64,000 nt of DNA from the NCBI GenBank assembly GCA_964304625.1, contig OZ199839.1:2172093-2236092 (forward strand). The letters run 5' to 3'. Under the pieces are notes generated by a model. It did not search any database, was not told the origin of the DNA, and was given only the letters and a program-made list of their open reading frames with translations. The stretch comes from Kudoa neothunni (Eukaryota; Animalia; Cnidaria). Below, piece by piece: positions 39,799 to 53,612 of this stretch. Every line of letters starts with the position of its first letter. Within the stretch, counting starts at the first letter, position 1. Position numbers and translations under genes: made by a program.

Positions 39799-42700
39799 CT
39801 ACAGGTTGTATTTAATTTTTCTTTTTCGATTTAACAGGTTTTTGTTTGGGAGGCTCTTGTTTACGCTTTAAATAGTAACAGATAATTAAATTCACAACCA
39901 CCTAACAAATCTACATTGTATAATATAGCCAAAGGATCGTCTTCTTCTAAGATAGTCCCACCAATATCAAAGCTGTTATTGGCATGCTGACGGTTAGAAT
40001 AAAGTATCGAAGAGAAAGCTGATTTTCTTCGCCTACTCAGATAAATTACAATTATTCATGAATAAAACAAGTTACAGGTGGGATTTTGAAGATGAAACGT
40101 CACTATTGATTGACGTACTAGGGAAACATTTGGCGTTGCCGAACCCCCTGGATGAGGTTGACATTTTCCGACGCTCGATGGGGTAATCTGGATTTTTCAT
40201 TTGTTCCACAGTGTTTTTCAACTTACAAACATATCTCACGAGGGTGTCTTTCTATAGTTAATAATAAAATTAATGGACTATTAATTCAACTCATTGATTC
40301 ATCCATCAATAAATCAACATTCAAACAAATACCGGTAAACTTAGTAACTCCATTGGATCGCCAATGTTACTCACATCGAAAAGCTCACCTCTATTGACGA
40401 TACTTGAATTCATATCGTTATACGTAATTGATTGATTAACTGAAAAGTTGTCCCTGTTTGTTACAGAATCCATGTTTGACACTGTGGAGGGAGAGCCCGT
40501 AAAATATCCACTTCGTCGATCGATTATATTCGAATGTGAAACTGAACCAATTACGCTGGATTTTCTTGGTTTAGCATGATTGGAGTGAAGGTTGTAGCTG
40601 TCATCTTTCACGTATGTGTCGAAAGTTGATTTTTTATACAGGGTTTTTTGTAGGGGTTCGTAAGAATCAAAAACTTCGCTATTTACACTGGCATTTGGAT
40701 TGGCACAGTTATTATGTTTGAAATCATCCCCATCCGAATCAAAATGATCATCGTAGTTTTCATTAGATATCAATGGTTTCAATTTGCGTTGTTCTGGTAT
40801 GTTATCGGCAAATGTACTTGAGGAAGTGTTTCTTCTTACTTTTGAGGTTTTGGAGAGGTCTGGTGAAGTGTTAGTGGCTGTAGGAGTTGACTTGTTGGTG
40901 TCTGTACAAAGGGCTGACACGCTGACACTCATTCTATCCTGGTCATGAAGCATAAGGTGGTTGCCAACTTTTAGGCACGAATTGGAAAAAGATAACATGT
41001 GAAAATAGCTGTTCAAGTCGAGGAAATCACAAAAAGGTCCATTGATATATTCTTTATCGGCGAACGAACTTGAACCTTCGAAATGGTTGAGATGATCAGA
41101 ACTCTCGCCGTGACCTCTCTCGACACCGACAATATGTCCAATGCTTGAGGTGCTAAATGTTTTGACGTGTTTACTTTTATGCTCATGACGAGCATCATCC
41201 TTAGAAAGGATATTTGAGGTGGATTTCCGCGAAGGATTCACATTATTATGTCCTTCATTTCTCTTGAGAATTTGTCTAGGAATGTTTTTGTATTTGTTAA
41301 ATATATCCTTGAATTTGGTTTGTTGCTGCTTCTCCTCGCATAAACTGTCGGTGTCAGCCTTGATGGATTGGTTGGATGCTTTGACAATGTTTTTATCGAT
41401 CTCACCTGAAGTAAGATGAGATCCAACTTCGCCGTTCATTTCATCCTCATTATTTACGTCGTATCCACTACAAACATGATATTAAATATATCAAATTATG
41501 TTGATTGTAACTGAATTTTGTTGAATAAAAATACATTCTTTCTCGAACCGCATCAAACAATTTCGCAATCTCTAAAACACCAAGTTTAAGCACAATCATG
41601 ACTGATATCATCGTTAAAAATACTATCTTCTGGAAACTTCGAAATGGAAAATGTGCAAGTTTTACCTTCAACCTGCACTTCTTTGGTCAAATATGGGTTA
41701 AGCCCAATCATAGTGAACTATGAATAATTCAATGTCGAAATACCTTCGTGATAATCTCGCTTAATGTCAGTTCTAACTATGGCGATTATTCTAAAAATAA
41801 CACAAATCTCAAGCACACGAAGTTTAATTTTATTCTGGAAAATTAGAAATGTAATTTTTAATTTATTATTTTATAGAAACACTTTGAGTTGTAAAAATGG
41901 TTGATTATAACTTGAATGCGATATTTCACACCTATTTTGGTGATATTTTCCAACTGATTACAAGTGTCTTATATATACTAGGAGACAATTAACATAACTG
42001 AAAGAGGTTTAATCAAAAATTGAACATTTTGGATTAATCCGAGAATTGTTACGATCTGTAACGATTTATAAAATACTGATTTATTTCTTTATTTTGCGCC
42101 AAATTCGACGTGTTAATAAATATTCAGTCATTATATGAGTATAGCATTCAATGTATTCCATTTCGAGTTGCCAAAATTATCACTCTGGTCCCATTTTCTT
42201 GAACCGCAAACTGAATAAGGATTAGACGACATATCATCATACTTAGACAGCAATTATACTATTCGGATTTAGAGTTTCATTGCAGAAATAACCCACATAC
42301 TGAATACAAATTTTAATGGTATCGTAGTTCTTTGAATAAATTGAGAAAATGATGATTAGAGCGTTCAGTGGTGTGATAAGGAGATGGGCTTAAAAATTTC
42401 TTAATAAATCTAATTTTCAAAATTTCATGAATTTGTTATAAATCATAAATATGTTTAATTTGAAATGTACGGCAAAATATAAGATAAAACTTATCATTAA
42501 GCGCCATTTGTTGGATATTCCATTTTTAATAATTTAAAACAACACCCTCTAAATAAAAACTAATATGGTGATTTGGCGGCTCTCCTTATTTAGAGGAATA
42601 TATGGAAGTTATAAGTTTTTTTTATTCAAGAAATATTGATATAGGACTAGCGAGTTTTGAACCACAATGCTGATAAAATTGTATCATTTTCTAGTTACAA

Positions 42701-43897
42701 GATTTTTAATTCGTTAGCACGTCCACTCTTGGATGGAATATCTCGAGAGCCTTCAAATAATAAAATTCTTCCTAATTTAGGGTATAATTCATGTTTAACC
42801 ATAATTTCTTATATTATACCAGAATGCTACATTCTTTTAGTATCATTATAGCAGAAATTTAATTTTAAATTCTGAGACGAAAATCTGATTTTCCTTATAT
42901 CTTGTGATATCATTACTTTTCAATTAATATCTGAATATTTTATATTTTCATTTAATTTGTTTTATTATGATTATCCTATTCAATGGGTCATTATGGGATG
43001 GCGACACTTTATGTCTTCAGGATCAAACCGCGTTAGATATAAATTAAGGTACACATTTGCGCCCCAAAACATATATAACATAAAAATTTTGAATTATACA
43101 TATTTCAGAGAAGATTTACATTACACTATTAAAATATTACATAACTTATCTTAATCTGCGTGAGTCCTCAAAATGTATATATGGCGTGAGAATGTGTTTA
43201 GGTATCAGGGTAGATAATGGTGATCACAGCCTATTTAAAAATTGTAAACGTAATTAAAAATATTATTTAAGAAAAGAGGCTAGTTTTAAATTTTAAATAT
43301 AAAATTTATACAAAATATTTTCCTAAGATGATTTTAATTCATCATCACATTTTCACCTAAGAGAGACAATAATGTAACACGGGACTTGATTACATCCACA
43401 ATAATAAGAGAACTGAAGATATTTGTAAGAGATCTTATCGCATCAAAATCGGATGGGGATTTATCCAAGATTATTTGTCCCGAGAAAATAGTTCGAATAA
43501 ACGTAATTGTCACACGAAAATGGAAATAATGCTGTATTTCAAATGTTATAAGATTAGCAGTACCAGATGATTGGAGAAATCGATTGGTACTGCGGAATCT
43601 GTTTAAGAATTCCCACATTATGAAACAGAGAATTGTTGAAAAAATCATAGTTGGTGATATCAGAGAAAACACAACTATTTGAGCGACTAAAATCGTTTTA
43701 CCAACTTTGGATTTATTCGCAGCATTGGTATTCATAAAAGACACTGTGTTCTACCCCAATACGTACGTACTAATAGGATTTAAGTAAATTCGGGATCTTC
43801 AAACATATGTTCAACAATATTCTAAATAAAACTCAAGAAACCTTACCTAATATCATTAATGGGTTTTTATCCCACGTATTAAGTTAAATGTACTCAT
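39799..43897 (-). CDS. Unidentified multi-exon gene: hydrophobic N-terminal exons, long Ser/Asn/Asp-rich C-terminal region
   Basis: Exons between 41791 and the stop at 39799 splice in phase with GT-AG, including the 372-aa ORF. Linkage to the hydrophobic exons at 41.9-43.9 kb is inferred only. Confidence 0.55.
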
Positions 43898-43901
43898 AAA
43901 A

Positions 43902-44140
43902 AGAAAGTGGTTATTGACACAGTAAATAATTTTCAGACAGTAGTTTTGATTTTATCGATTTAATTCTGACACACTAGTTCTCTCTTAGCGACCCGAAATA
44001 ATTAAATATAATATATTCTAAAAAAATGTAATTTGTATACAACAGCTTGTGCACAAGAGTTGCTAGAATTCAAAATTTCTAATGCGCAAGCGCCAACACC
44101 ATTTTAAGTTAAGATATATCGTGTAAAAATACCCTCTGCC
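43902..44140 (-). mobile_element. ~230-bp MITE carrying a GCGCAAGCGC motif, copy 1
   Basis: Colinear similarity to 47118-47343 and 58883-59117; TIR-like ends GAAAGTGGTTATTGACAC / GTGTAAAAATACCCTCTGCC. Confidence 0.65.
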
Positions 44141-44196
44141 TTATTTATTTTCCTCATTTCAATTATATATTTCTAATATTTATTATTTTAAAAATT

Positions 44197-46843
44197 ATGA
44201 TGGATTGTTCAAGAAACAAAATAATCAAGCATAATAATGACGAATTCTTGCCGCATTTTTGGCATAATCCGATTATTGTGAGAGTATACAAATCGAACGT
44301 ATAGCTTAGGGTCTGGTATAAACAATTAAATCCACTTATTTTGGTGCATCCATATTTTCAACATTTATTGCTTAACAGTATTTGGGGTTAAGGCGATTCG
44401 TTTTCGGTTATTTCTAAGACGATTTTCGATTTTGTAGATAATTTTTTCAATTATCAATGTTAACTTTTGTGCGCGCAAAAAAATATAAAAATATGATGGA
44501 ATAAAATCTTATTTTAGTTATTCTTTGTTTAAAAATACTCTTTAAATCCAAATTTTTAATTGTTTTACAATAGAATTATATTATTTATTAGTTTTTATTG
44601 TTTTAATTAATTTTATTATTTAAAATTGTTTATTATTACCTCTAAAAACGATTGTAAATATTTTAAGATTAAATTCTTTAAAACGCACTATGAAAAATTC
44701 TATAGTTCAAATTTCAATTTAGTTATTTTTATTTTCATAAATGAACACAATGGTTTCAAGTTTCGAGTCGCTCAGTTTTGTTGTCAACGGGAAAATAACG
44801 CGGTTGCATAGGGAGACACATCTTTCTGGGTCAATACTCGTAGGTCTTATGTTAGAATGAGTTTTATGAACCATTTCTAAACGATCTGACATCACATCGT
44901 GATTAACAAAATCGGTAATTTCGTTGGAATCCGAATAATATTTTGACTTTTTTGGGCTGGTCACGTAATTTATCAAATCGTCTAAATCCATATCAGCTTC
45001 GGAAGGTTCATAGGTGGGGATTTGATCATTCGGTTCATTCAAATTAATTTCTTGTAGTTCAAAATTTGGCGGTCTTCCGTAGAGTAAACTCTTTTCACGA
45101 ATGTTTGAATCGAAGCTTAAAAACATTAATATATCAGACAAAATAATGCGTCGTTCAAAGTAGCGTTCGATAAATTTCATTTTTAAATTTTCTGAAAAGG
45201 TTCCGTCAATAAGCGAGAGATCCTCAACTGTGTTGGTTAGTATGAAGTCACAATGTGCAAGATTTATTTGTGATTCTGAAAGTTTGAGAGCGGTGCGATA
45301 CACAATTTCCAGGCATGATGTTAATTCCTTAAAATTCAGTCATTTTTACAATATCTTTATAGATAATTACATTGACCAAATAATTTCATCTTTATCGGTC
45401 AGTAAATCCTTTCCAAAATCATGTAAGCGCCTTCGATAACCTCAAACATTTTCACAAATTTAACTAACATATCGTAACAATTTGACCATCGTGTCACACA
45501 ATCGATATTCGGTGATAGGTATTTAATGTCTTTTCGTTCACATGATTTTCTCAATGTGTCGGAGGCCAATCCAGATCTAGATCTTGAAGTGACTAACAAT
45601 TGATCTCAACCGAGATAACAATATCTAAGAAACTTGGTACAAAGACAAATTCTTGGTCGTCAGTTATAGTTTCGATATTTTTTGGCATCTGGCCACAAGC
45701 TTCTTACATTGTGTCTTTTACAGCTATACTTTAATGTAGGTTTTTCAATTAATAACTCAATTACCTAAAGTTATTCCATGAAGCATGCACTTAATCTGCT
45801 GGAAGCCCAACTCAAAAGTGCATTTTGCCATGCTCCATCGGTACACATAAATAAGGACGTAACGACAAATTTCGAAGGCTGGTTTTTGATTAATGATGTC
45901 AATTCTACGCCTGTACAGTGTACATTGTACACCTTTCGATGACTCTAACAACCCCGAGTGAAATTTTTTTGTCCTCGACATACGCTTGAATATTAAGAAA
46001 TCGCTTTTTCGAACTTGATGTCCACTCATCAGAACAGAGTGCAGGTCTTGAATTGGCACCGGAAAAATTATTTATCTTGCTCACCATAGATGCTTCTACT
46101 TTTACGCAAGAACCGAAAATTTCATCATAATATACTGGGATCTCTTTATTATAATTTTTTTTAACAAGCGTCTTATGGTGGTACCTTTTGCAATTTTGGA
46201 AATAGGAATATTGTGAATCGCGACTAATTTGGAAATATCGCTCTCCAGGTTAAAATCCCAAAGACTTATTCTCGCAAAACTTTCAATAACGGGTTGTATT
46301 TGTATGCTTCTAAATTTCGATAGAAAAATATCAGCGATTGCAATAACTTATTTTTTGAATCGATCCCATGTACTTTAGCGTATGCATGCAATGTATTAGT
46401 TGAACCTTTTTTGCACATAAGTATTGCATCATATTTGTTACATTTTGCTTTTTCATTAGCAAGCTTAACAAAATAGCTCCAAATAGCAGCTACCATTACA
46501 GTAATAACGAACAAAAAAACATATTCGCTGTTAAAACACGTGTCACTCTCAAAAAATGTTTGGCTCCTTTACTATCTTAAAAACGCGTTTATTTGTTTAA
46601 AATACTGCATCAATTAATGATAGAAGCTAATTTATACTGAATAAAAAATATTTATTAAAAACCGAAACGATCTTAACCCCTAAGAGTATTCATGAAATAA
46701 TGAACATTGCTACAATTTAGACGATTGGATTGCTTTTATGTTCCCGTAATTTTACTTTATTATCTAATCAATAATGCCTTCATACAAACTATAGAATTCG
46801 TGGAATCTTTAAAAAATTAAATTTAATTGATTTATCTATTTAG
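44197..46843 (+). CDS. Putative small multi-exon gene with the hAT element in an intron
   Basis: MMDCSRNK...HNPII|LRVWYKQ...LLLN|NDWIAFMFP|IRGIFKK splices in phase across the hAT insertion; no recognisable homology. Confidence 0.35.
44383..46682 (-). mobile_element. hAT (Ac-like) transposon with decayed transposase
   Basis: BED finger (IWSYF...KAKC...H), CSDEWTS, CMLH, TRWSN and PTSIDPER across broken frames; TIR T(A)GGGGTTAAG; TSD ACAGTATT / AGAGTATT. Confidence 0.88.
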
Positions 46844-47117
46844 ATTATTCTGATTTCTTCTTTAATGAATAATTTAAAATTCATCAAAATATATTCCTGT
46901 AGGGTACATCAAATAAGCAGGGAAACTCAAAGTTTTCTCTCATCCAATACAAACAGAATTGATGACTAATAATTCCTTGATTACTTTTGTGTTTACTGCG
47001 ATATTATATTTGATAAAGTCTATATTTTTATAATAAAGATTCGTTAGGGCACAATAGGTATTCATAAATTACATGAGAAAAATTACAATGGGCTGTTTTT
47101 TTCCTCAATTTTAAAAT

Positions 47118-47343
47118 GGAAGAAGTTATTGGTACGGTAATTTTTAATCCTATATTCACCGTGCGCAAGCGCGAGCTGATTTTATTCCCGGCAACTCGTA
47201 CTCACAAGCTGTGTACAGGTTTAATTTTGTATAATCTTCTTTATTTAATTATATCTTACCCGCTGCTTCATTTGTAAGGAGTGGAAAATAATGAAATTTA
47301 GTCAAAAATAATGACAACTGAATATCATGTAATAGACACTTTC
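47118..47343 (+). mobile_element. ~230-bp MITE carrying a GCGCAAGCGC motif, copy 2
   Basis: Shares GCAACTC..CACAAGCTGT and TATTTAATTAT blocks and TIR-like ends with the other two copies. Confidence 0.65.
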
Positions 47344-47526
47344 TTTGTATGCTGCTAATTAAAAAATTATTATATTACAACATTGAATCAGCAGCTGATA
47401 GCAATATTCAATTTTGTTTAATCGATTAATATAATTAACTTGTTTTAATCGTTTGATAACTTGCGCAAGCTCGGACTTTCTCTAATCTTCTGAATTAGAT
47501 TAATCTCAAGTCCTCTCCTTAACAAA

Positions 47527-48219
47527 ATGGAATATGAAGCACTGGTTGATTTTGAGGCTGTGGAGTCCAATGAATTAACAGTCAGAGTAGGAGATGTTAT
47601 ATTGGTGACAGATACATCGTAGATTTTAGTTTAAATTGATTTGATGAATAGAATCAAATTTAGAAATGAACATTGGTGGTTTGGAAAATTGAATAACAAG
47701 GAAGGTCTCTTTCCTAGTTCGTTTGTCAAAAAATATACTCCTCAGAGTGAATTCCAACGCGTCACCGAAAAACCTGCCACTTTAAATAAGATACCAAGCA
47801 ATCCTTTACTTAACACTCATGTTATTATTGATTCTTGTTTGGAGAAATTGAAGAATATTTCGCCATCTACTTTTCTTAGTGGCACTGATAACACCGATCA
47901 ACTTCGACTTGAAGGTATGACAGATATTTGTTATTTGTCGTCGCTAATTTCGATCTTTCCTTCTAGTCAAATGTGAAGGTTTTAGACCGTTAATAACCGA
48001 ACGAATTCAGCAATTATCCATGTATATGAATATAAAATTTTGATTTACATTTTTTTAAGTGAAAGTCAACAACTTTCGGCCGCCATCACAAAATACAACG
48101 AATGTATCTCCATGTATCAAAAGTAATTGTGTTTATTATAATAAGAAACTAATTTTTTTCTAAGGTCTACTATGGAAAATTATCAAGGAGGTCCTAATCC
48201 CTATCCAAGACCAATGTAA
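47527..48219 (+). CDS. STAM: STAM/Hse1-like ESCRT-0 subunit reduced to SH3 plus GAT coiled coil, 5 exons
   Basis: ALVDFEAVESNELT...WWFG...GLFPSSFV (SH3), then IDSCLEKLKNISP...LEVKCEGFRPLITERIQQL...ECISMY (STAM GAT pattern); all junctions in phase. Confidence 0.8.
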
Positions 48220-48613
48220 CCCTGTAGAGATGTTGTTCTGAATTGTTTTTATTTTTCCATAACGACCATCAAAATCCAGTCTTTATTTTTTACCTATTTT
48301 TATAAGAATAATTTCTCTTGATCTATTTTTTTAACTCACAATATTGAGCATATTTCAAGAGCCTGTTCTGCGTGATGAATAAATGAAATTAATGTTTCTG
48401 GTTTTCGCGTCCAGAAAATAAATATCGGCGAGAGAAATCTGAATATTATTTATAGAATTTTTAACGCTGAGACAAATTTCATTTAACTAGGAGAAATAGA
48501 CTTAAGGAAAAGCACCACAAAGGCATCAAAGTGACGAATGTGACTTCAAAAAAAATCAAAGAAGCACATAAATTACATTATCACTATTAAAACTGTTGTT
48601 ATAGTCAAAGAGT

Positions 48614-50350
48614 TCAGAGCGAATGCTGTTGTTCCCATATTTGAATATAGGATTCGGAGATGGGGATCATTTGAGGCATAATTTCTTTGATATGAAGATC
48701 TTGAATTTCGAACCATTTATCCAAACCTTTGTGGTAGATTTGCAATAGATAGGCGGGTTTATCAGCTCCATCAAGCATAGACTCTTGACTTATCACGACA
48801 TTAGCAATAAGACGATAAACGATAGAGGTATTGGGAGGGAGATTTTTCAATGTCTCATGATCGACAAACTCGGTCATATCCAAACAGTTGATATTGAAAT
48901 TGACGATAGTGGGGTTTCTTTCGGTGAAAAAATAGTTGTAGCTGAAACGTTTCAGACAGAAAACCAGGTATTTGGGTAATTGAACAAACGAGAAGCGTCG
49001 AATTTCGTAGGTTGGTGTAATATGCTCTTTGATGCCGTTATACTTTTCCAATAGTTCGTGAAGTGATATTTGAGCGATAACATTGCCTTCGATTTCGTCT
49101 TTGAAAAGAGGTGGTGGCGGTATCTCAAGAGGAACAAATAAGAATGGTTGTAATTGAGTGTGAGTTTCATTTGGTCGTGCCACCGCGTCATCATCTTCCA
49201 ATTCACCCAATTCGTTGATTTTCATCTGTCGAATCAAAACTTTGATTTTCCCACGGAACGTTCTAGCAATATGAAAGATATATTAGAGGAATTTTTCAAA
49301 CTCAACCTTCGACAACTCACTTGTACACAATAGAATTTTTATTTCGATTATTCCAATTGAGAGATTGATGAAGGTTGTTGAGCAGCCAGGCGAGAAATTG
49401 AATAGGGTCGCTTTGTTTCTCGAGATTGAAGCGTTTCTTACTGGCTAACACCACAGCCTACATAACCAAATACACATAATAGCACTTTCACAACCAATCT
49501 ATTCCAACAGCACTACCTGAACCATTTCGTGTGGACTGATATGCGATCTGAAATTGATACTGTTCCATAGTTTGCGTGTTAATTCGCCAAATCGAATCAA
49601 CAAAGTGTAAAGATTGTCACTTGATGGTCGTCTTATATCGACGTAGTTTTGGTCGTTGAGAAAAAAGTTTCGAAAAGGTTGTACAAATGTTAACGACTGT
49701 AATACCACGTTCATATAATCAGTCTCTTTGATATTGTTCATACCTAACACACCAGGATGATAGGTTGAACCATCTAGACATCGAAGAGTCTTCTGATGAT
49801 CCACATTAGGATCCTCCAACCCTTCGATGTAATGCCGATCAAAATGTGGTTTCACTTGACGTTTGATATCGTCAAGCGAAGAATCCACAATCTCGTAATT
49901 GTCAGGAAGACAATAAAATTTTAACGATTCCAAATTTATCCATACGTAGTGTCCGTATTCAACACTATGGATGTAGGCGTACGAATTCTTGTGTCGGCCC
50001 TGGAAATACTTTCCACATACCAAACACGCATACACATTCAAATGTGTTAATGAAACAGAACACAATTTTTCAAAATCGAAATCCAAGACAGCACGATTAA
50101 TTGTGTCAAGATAGGGGCATTGTTGCTGACCATTGGCAACAATCTCGTCGACCCACTGTTCCTCCTCCTCCTCCTCCATGTTGATCTCATCATTCAATTC
50201 TACAATAGGTTTTGTTTCGATAGCTTGTAATTTTTCCACCGAAGATTCAACGCGGGTTGATTTTTTAGGTTTTTCTGTAGTTGTTTTTGTTTTTTTGTTA
50301 CTTTTTCCTACTTTTTGCTTTCGGGACGATTTCTGCTGTTTTTTAACCAT
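48614..50350 (-). CDS. USP39: U4/U6.U5 tri-snRNP-associated protein 2 (USP39/Sad1), 3 exons
   Basis: CPYLDTINRAVLDFDFEKLCSVSL, ZnF-UBP CLVCGKYFQGR, inactive USP box GMNNIKETDY, C-terminal ESYIQIWE; both introns splice in phase. Confidence 0.97.
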
Positions 50351-50464
50351 GATTTTAATATATCTGTGATTAATTATAAGAAGACTCAGTTGCTGCTACA
50401 ATATATAAAATTCGGATAGATTATGGTGGCAATACCAAGCAATCCGACCCAAATTGATATAGTG

Positions 50465-50475
50465 GCGCATGCGCA
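50465..50475. promoter_or_regulatory. NRF1-like motif upstream of USP39
   Basis: GCGCATGCGCA, the canonical NRF1 core, 115 bp before the ATG. Confidence 0.6.
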
Positions 50476-52205
50476 GAGTTGTATTTTCATTTTGAGCATT
50501 GCGTTGGTTAATTTCCAATAAATTCTATTAACTGAAACCAATCGAATATCTTGGATTATATTTTTAGTTAAATAAGATCGAACGAGACTATTAAAATAAA
50601 CATGTATGGAAGTCACATGTCTCATATTTTTATACATGTACATAGAACAGGTAACATTAGTTAGAGCTAGAAATACTGATATCGTTTGTCGATTTCACAT
50701 CTGGATTACTTGCTGTATTTGTTAAAATTAGCTGATGCCATAATAAACATCTCTCAAATGATGTTAAATAGTTTGTGTTATATTAACTTGCTTAGGAATG
50801 TTTAAATCTCTTTTATATTAAAAAAGAATTGATCGGAAAAATTTCTTATTGTTTTAAATAAAAAAACTTCGAACAACTTCAAATAATACATATTACTTAG
50901 TTAACCCTCGAAGGACCGTGCTCAAAAAATTTAAGCGTGTAACCATGGGGGTAGCTCAGCTACCTCAGAAGTTTTCTATGATAGCGATTGTATTTTCTCT
51001 TCATTTTTTGAATTTACAAATAGTTTATTTATGAATATTAAAAACAGTGTTCGAATAATCGAATTGATAAGTGAATCACTAGGAACTTTCAAGAACATTT
51101 CAATAAGCGTTACCAATATAATCTCTTACAATCTATCTTAATGTTAAATTATAAAGTAAACAATAATACTTCAAATTCTTTCCGATCGGTAGTAAATAAA
51201 ATAAATGCTTCTCGGTTATTCTTTTCGCAAACAATAACACAAACGGCAATGCATCCTGTGGGTTATGCACACGGTTGACCATGGCAATCTCAACATTGAT
51301 TGGTGGATTATATTTGATCTAATTCACTGAACGAAATAAAAATGTATGTTATGGTCCAAGTTTTAATTAATGTTTATTATGGGGGGTTTTCTTATTAGGT
51401 TATATTTCCTCAAAATTAGTTTATTCTTTTCTTCATTCAATTATTTTTTTAACCACACTAATCAAATATTTAAATTTGAATCGAAATTGAATAATTTAAT
51501 CCATTATGATATTATTGCACATAGAAAGAAAATATGTATGAATGTTCTAGGACAAATTGAAGCGTCATATCTTAATAAATGATGAACATTAATGAATGTT
51601 ATAAAAACAAATCAAAAATATGATACCGCCCCTAACTATAGAGAATTAACACGTTTTTATGAGTATTAACCCTTCCAGGGACCAAGCGGGGTTTATCGTG
51701 ACCCCATTTTCGGTAAATCTTATTTTTATAAATGAAAACCTCGTAGACTTCAATATAAAATTCACTCACTCTTAGAAAATATATTCATATACTAAATAAA
51801 CTCAAATTTTTGAAAAATATTAGAATATTTTAAAGGTACTTTTGTGAGATTATTTTGTTATCATAAAAAAGAAGAAAATGATTAAATATAAGTTCCTATT
51901 AATATTTCTCATTATTGGATAACGTTTAAAAATGTTACTGATATTAGAACTAAATAAATTGATTACAGGGACAACATTTTTTTACTAAGAGATTAACATT
52001 TGGGATGAAGGAATCTTTGGTTTCTAATTTCTACGGATAAAAATTCAAATACCTTAATTATAATAGTTACAACAAAATTAATTTTGACTCATTGTATCAG
52101 ATAAGAACTATTTAGATATACCTTTGACTAAATACGCTAAATTTATTTACATAAGCTGATGCATTTGTTGAGTTTGTTAAGTACGGAAAAAAAATTAAGA
52201 TAAAT

Positions 52206-52611
52206 TATTTTTTACAAGGTAAAACCCTTGGCGCAACTTATTAAGGTTGTGGAATTCTGGTTGGTTAGACCTCTTCCATTAACGCTGTTGGCACCGCGGA
52301 TGCGGTAATGTGGGACTTTAGCCCATTAAATATCCTCGGCTCAGGGCGACTACCACCCCAAACCCTATCATCTCTTTAAGGACGTTGGCTCTGTAAGGGC
52401 TGCAAATTACTTGCCTGTCGATGGGTTCCGGAGATTCAAACTCCTATTCACGCGAATTTGGCTGCCAGTGCATCCCACTCCACAGCAAACGTACATTTCA
52501 ACCACAGCCCCCAAATCCAAATATGGGATAGAGTCCCACCGATGGATTCGAACCCATTACCTCAAGGCTCTGAGTCCGAGTGTCACAGCGATGTGTTATC
52601 TGTCCTCGGCT
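52206..52611 (-). mobile_element. tRNA-derived SINE (about 405 bp)
   Basis: 5' tRNA-like head with B box GGTTCGAATCC, GC-rich body, short A-rich tail, 13-bp TSD AATTAAGATAAAT (52193-52205 and 52612-52624). Confidence 0.82.
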
Positions 52612-53257
52612 AATTAAGATAAATGCATCACTACCTTCCTTAACGCTTCTAAGGAGTAAATAAATTATACCATGAGAAGTTACTCCCTATAAAAAGCAAA
52701 ATTTAACTCCCGTTTTTCGTAATTCGATTTCTTTTCGGTTCAAAATAATAAGACGCATTTTAGTCTATACCGCGAAAATCGTAATATTCCCATGTGCTCG
52801 TATAGTAGAAACATCCATCATTAAAATATGTATATAATTGATATGAGGTTTAAAATTTATCTAATTGAGATCGATAATCTCATCGCGCAAGCGCATAGAT
52901 AATTACACAATGACGAGTTTAACGTTGTGTAATATGCGCAATAGATAGAGGTTGTTGCAAAATTGTAAGCTTTTTTATCGCAATTTAAAATGAAATCGAA
53001 TATATTACAGTATCACAACTCAAAAATTCAGTATTATCACTTAAACACAATTAAACTATAATTTAACAAATATTTCAATTTGAGCCAATAAATAAAAAAT
53101 TTCTAACAAATATACGGGAGTTTTAAAAATTGTAGACAAAATCTATGAAGCAAAAACATTATAAGAGATATCGATGCAAATCTCAATAGATTTTGGAGAG
53201 AGCGTGGAATAAAAAACCAAAGAATTAAATAAAGACAAACAAACAAACTATAAATAT

Positions 53258-53489
53258 TTAATTATCTCGCAAATAATTCAAAACAAGCGCCAAAGCTTCC
53301 GGATTCACGTCCTGTTCACACAGTAAAATACACAAACGTAAACTTTCTTCATCCAATCCAGTTTCCAATTTATCTGACAACTGCTTCACAACTTAATTCA
53401 TTATTCAAGGTATACAATTGATAGTAAACATAGTATTTACTGTTGAAGGTATTTGGATCGATTGCGTGTTGGAGATCAGCCGATGGCAT
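53258..53489 (-). CDS. MZT1: Mitotic-spindle organizing protein 1 (MOZART1), 60 aa, 2 exons
   Basis: MPSADLQHAIDPNTFN|IVKQLSDKLETGLDEESLRLCILLCEQDVNPEALALVLNYLRDN; TGLD...LCE..NPEAL signature. Missed by the ORF track. Confidence 0.93.
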
Positions 53490-53612
53490 CCCGGTGAGAG
53501 AGATAAAGTAGGTCGCTATGCTCACGCATGCGCGTTGCATAGTTAAAACAACCTCAAACAATCGATCTCACTAACCATTGAGTAGATCAGGGGAAACGTT
53601 AAAAAGGAAATA
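53490..53612. promoter_or_regulatory. Bidirectional promoter between MZT1 and DNAJC25
   Basis: 123 bp between divergent ATGs, with ACGCATGCGCG at 53524. Confidence 0.7.

Noticed and set aside
43745-43897. +1 frameshift near the start of the 43.9-kb gene
   Set aside because: A single intron of about 100 nt from G|GTAAGG to CACAG| gives an open frame, so no shift is required.
52530-52611. Functional tRNA gene
   Set aside because: Acceptor and anticodon stems do not pair well, and the sequence is the head of a TSD-flanked 405-bp element (SINE).
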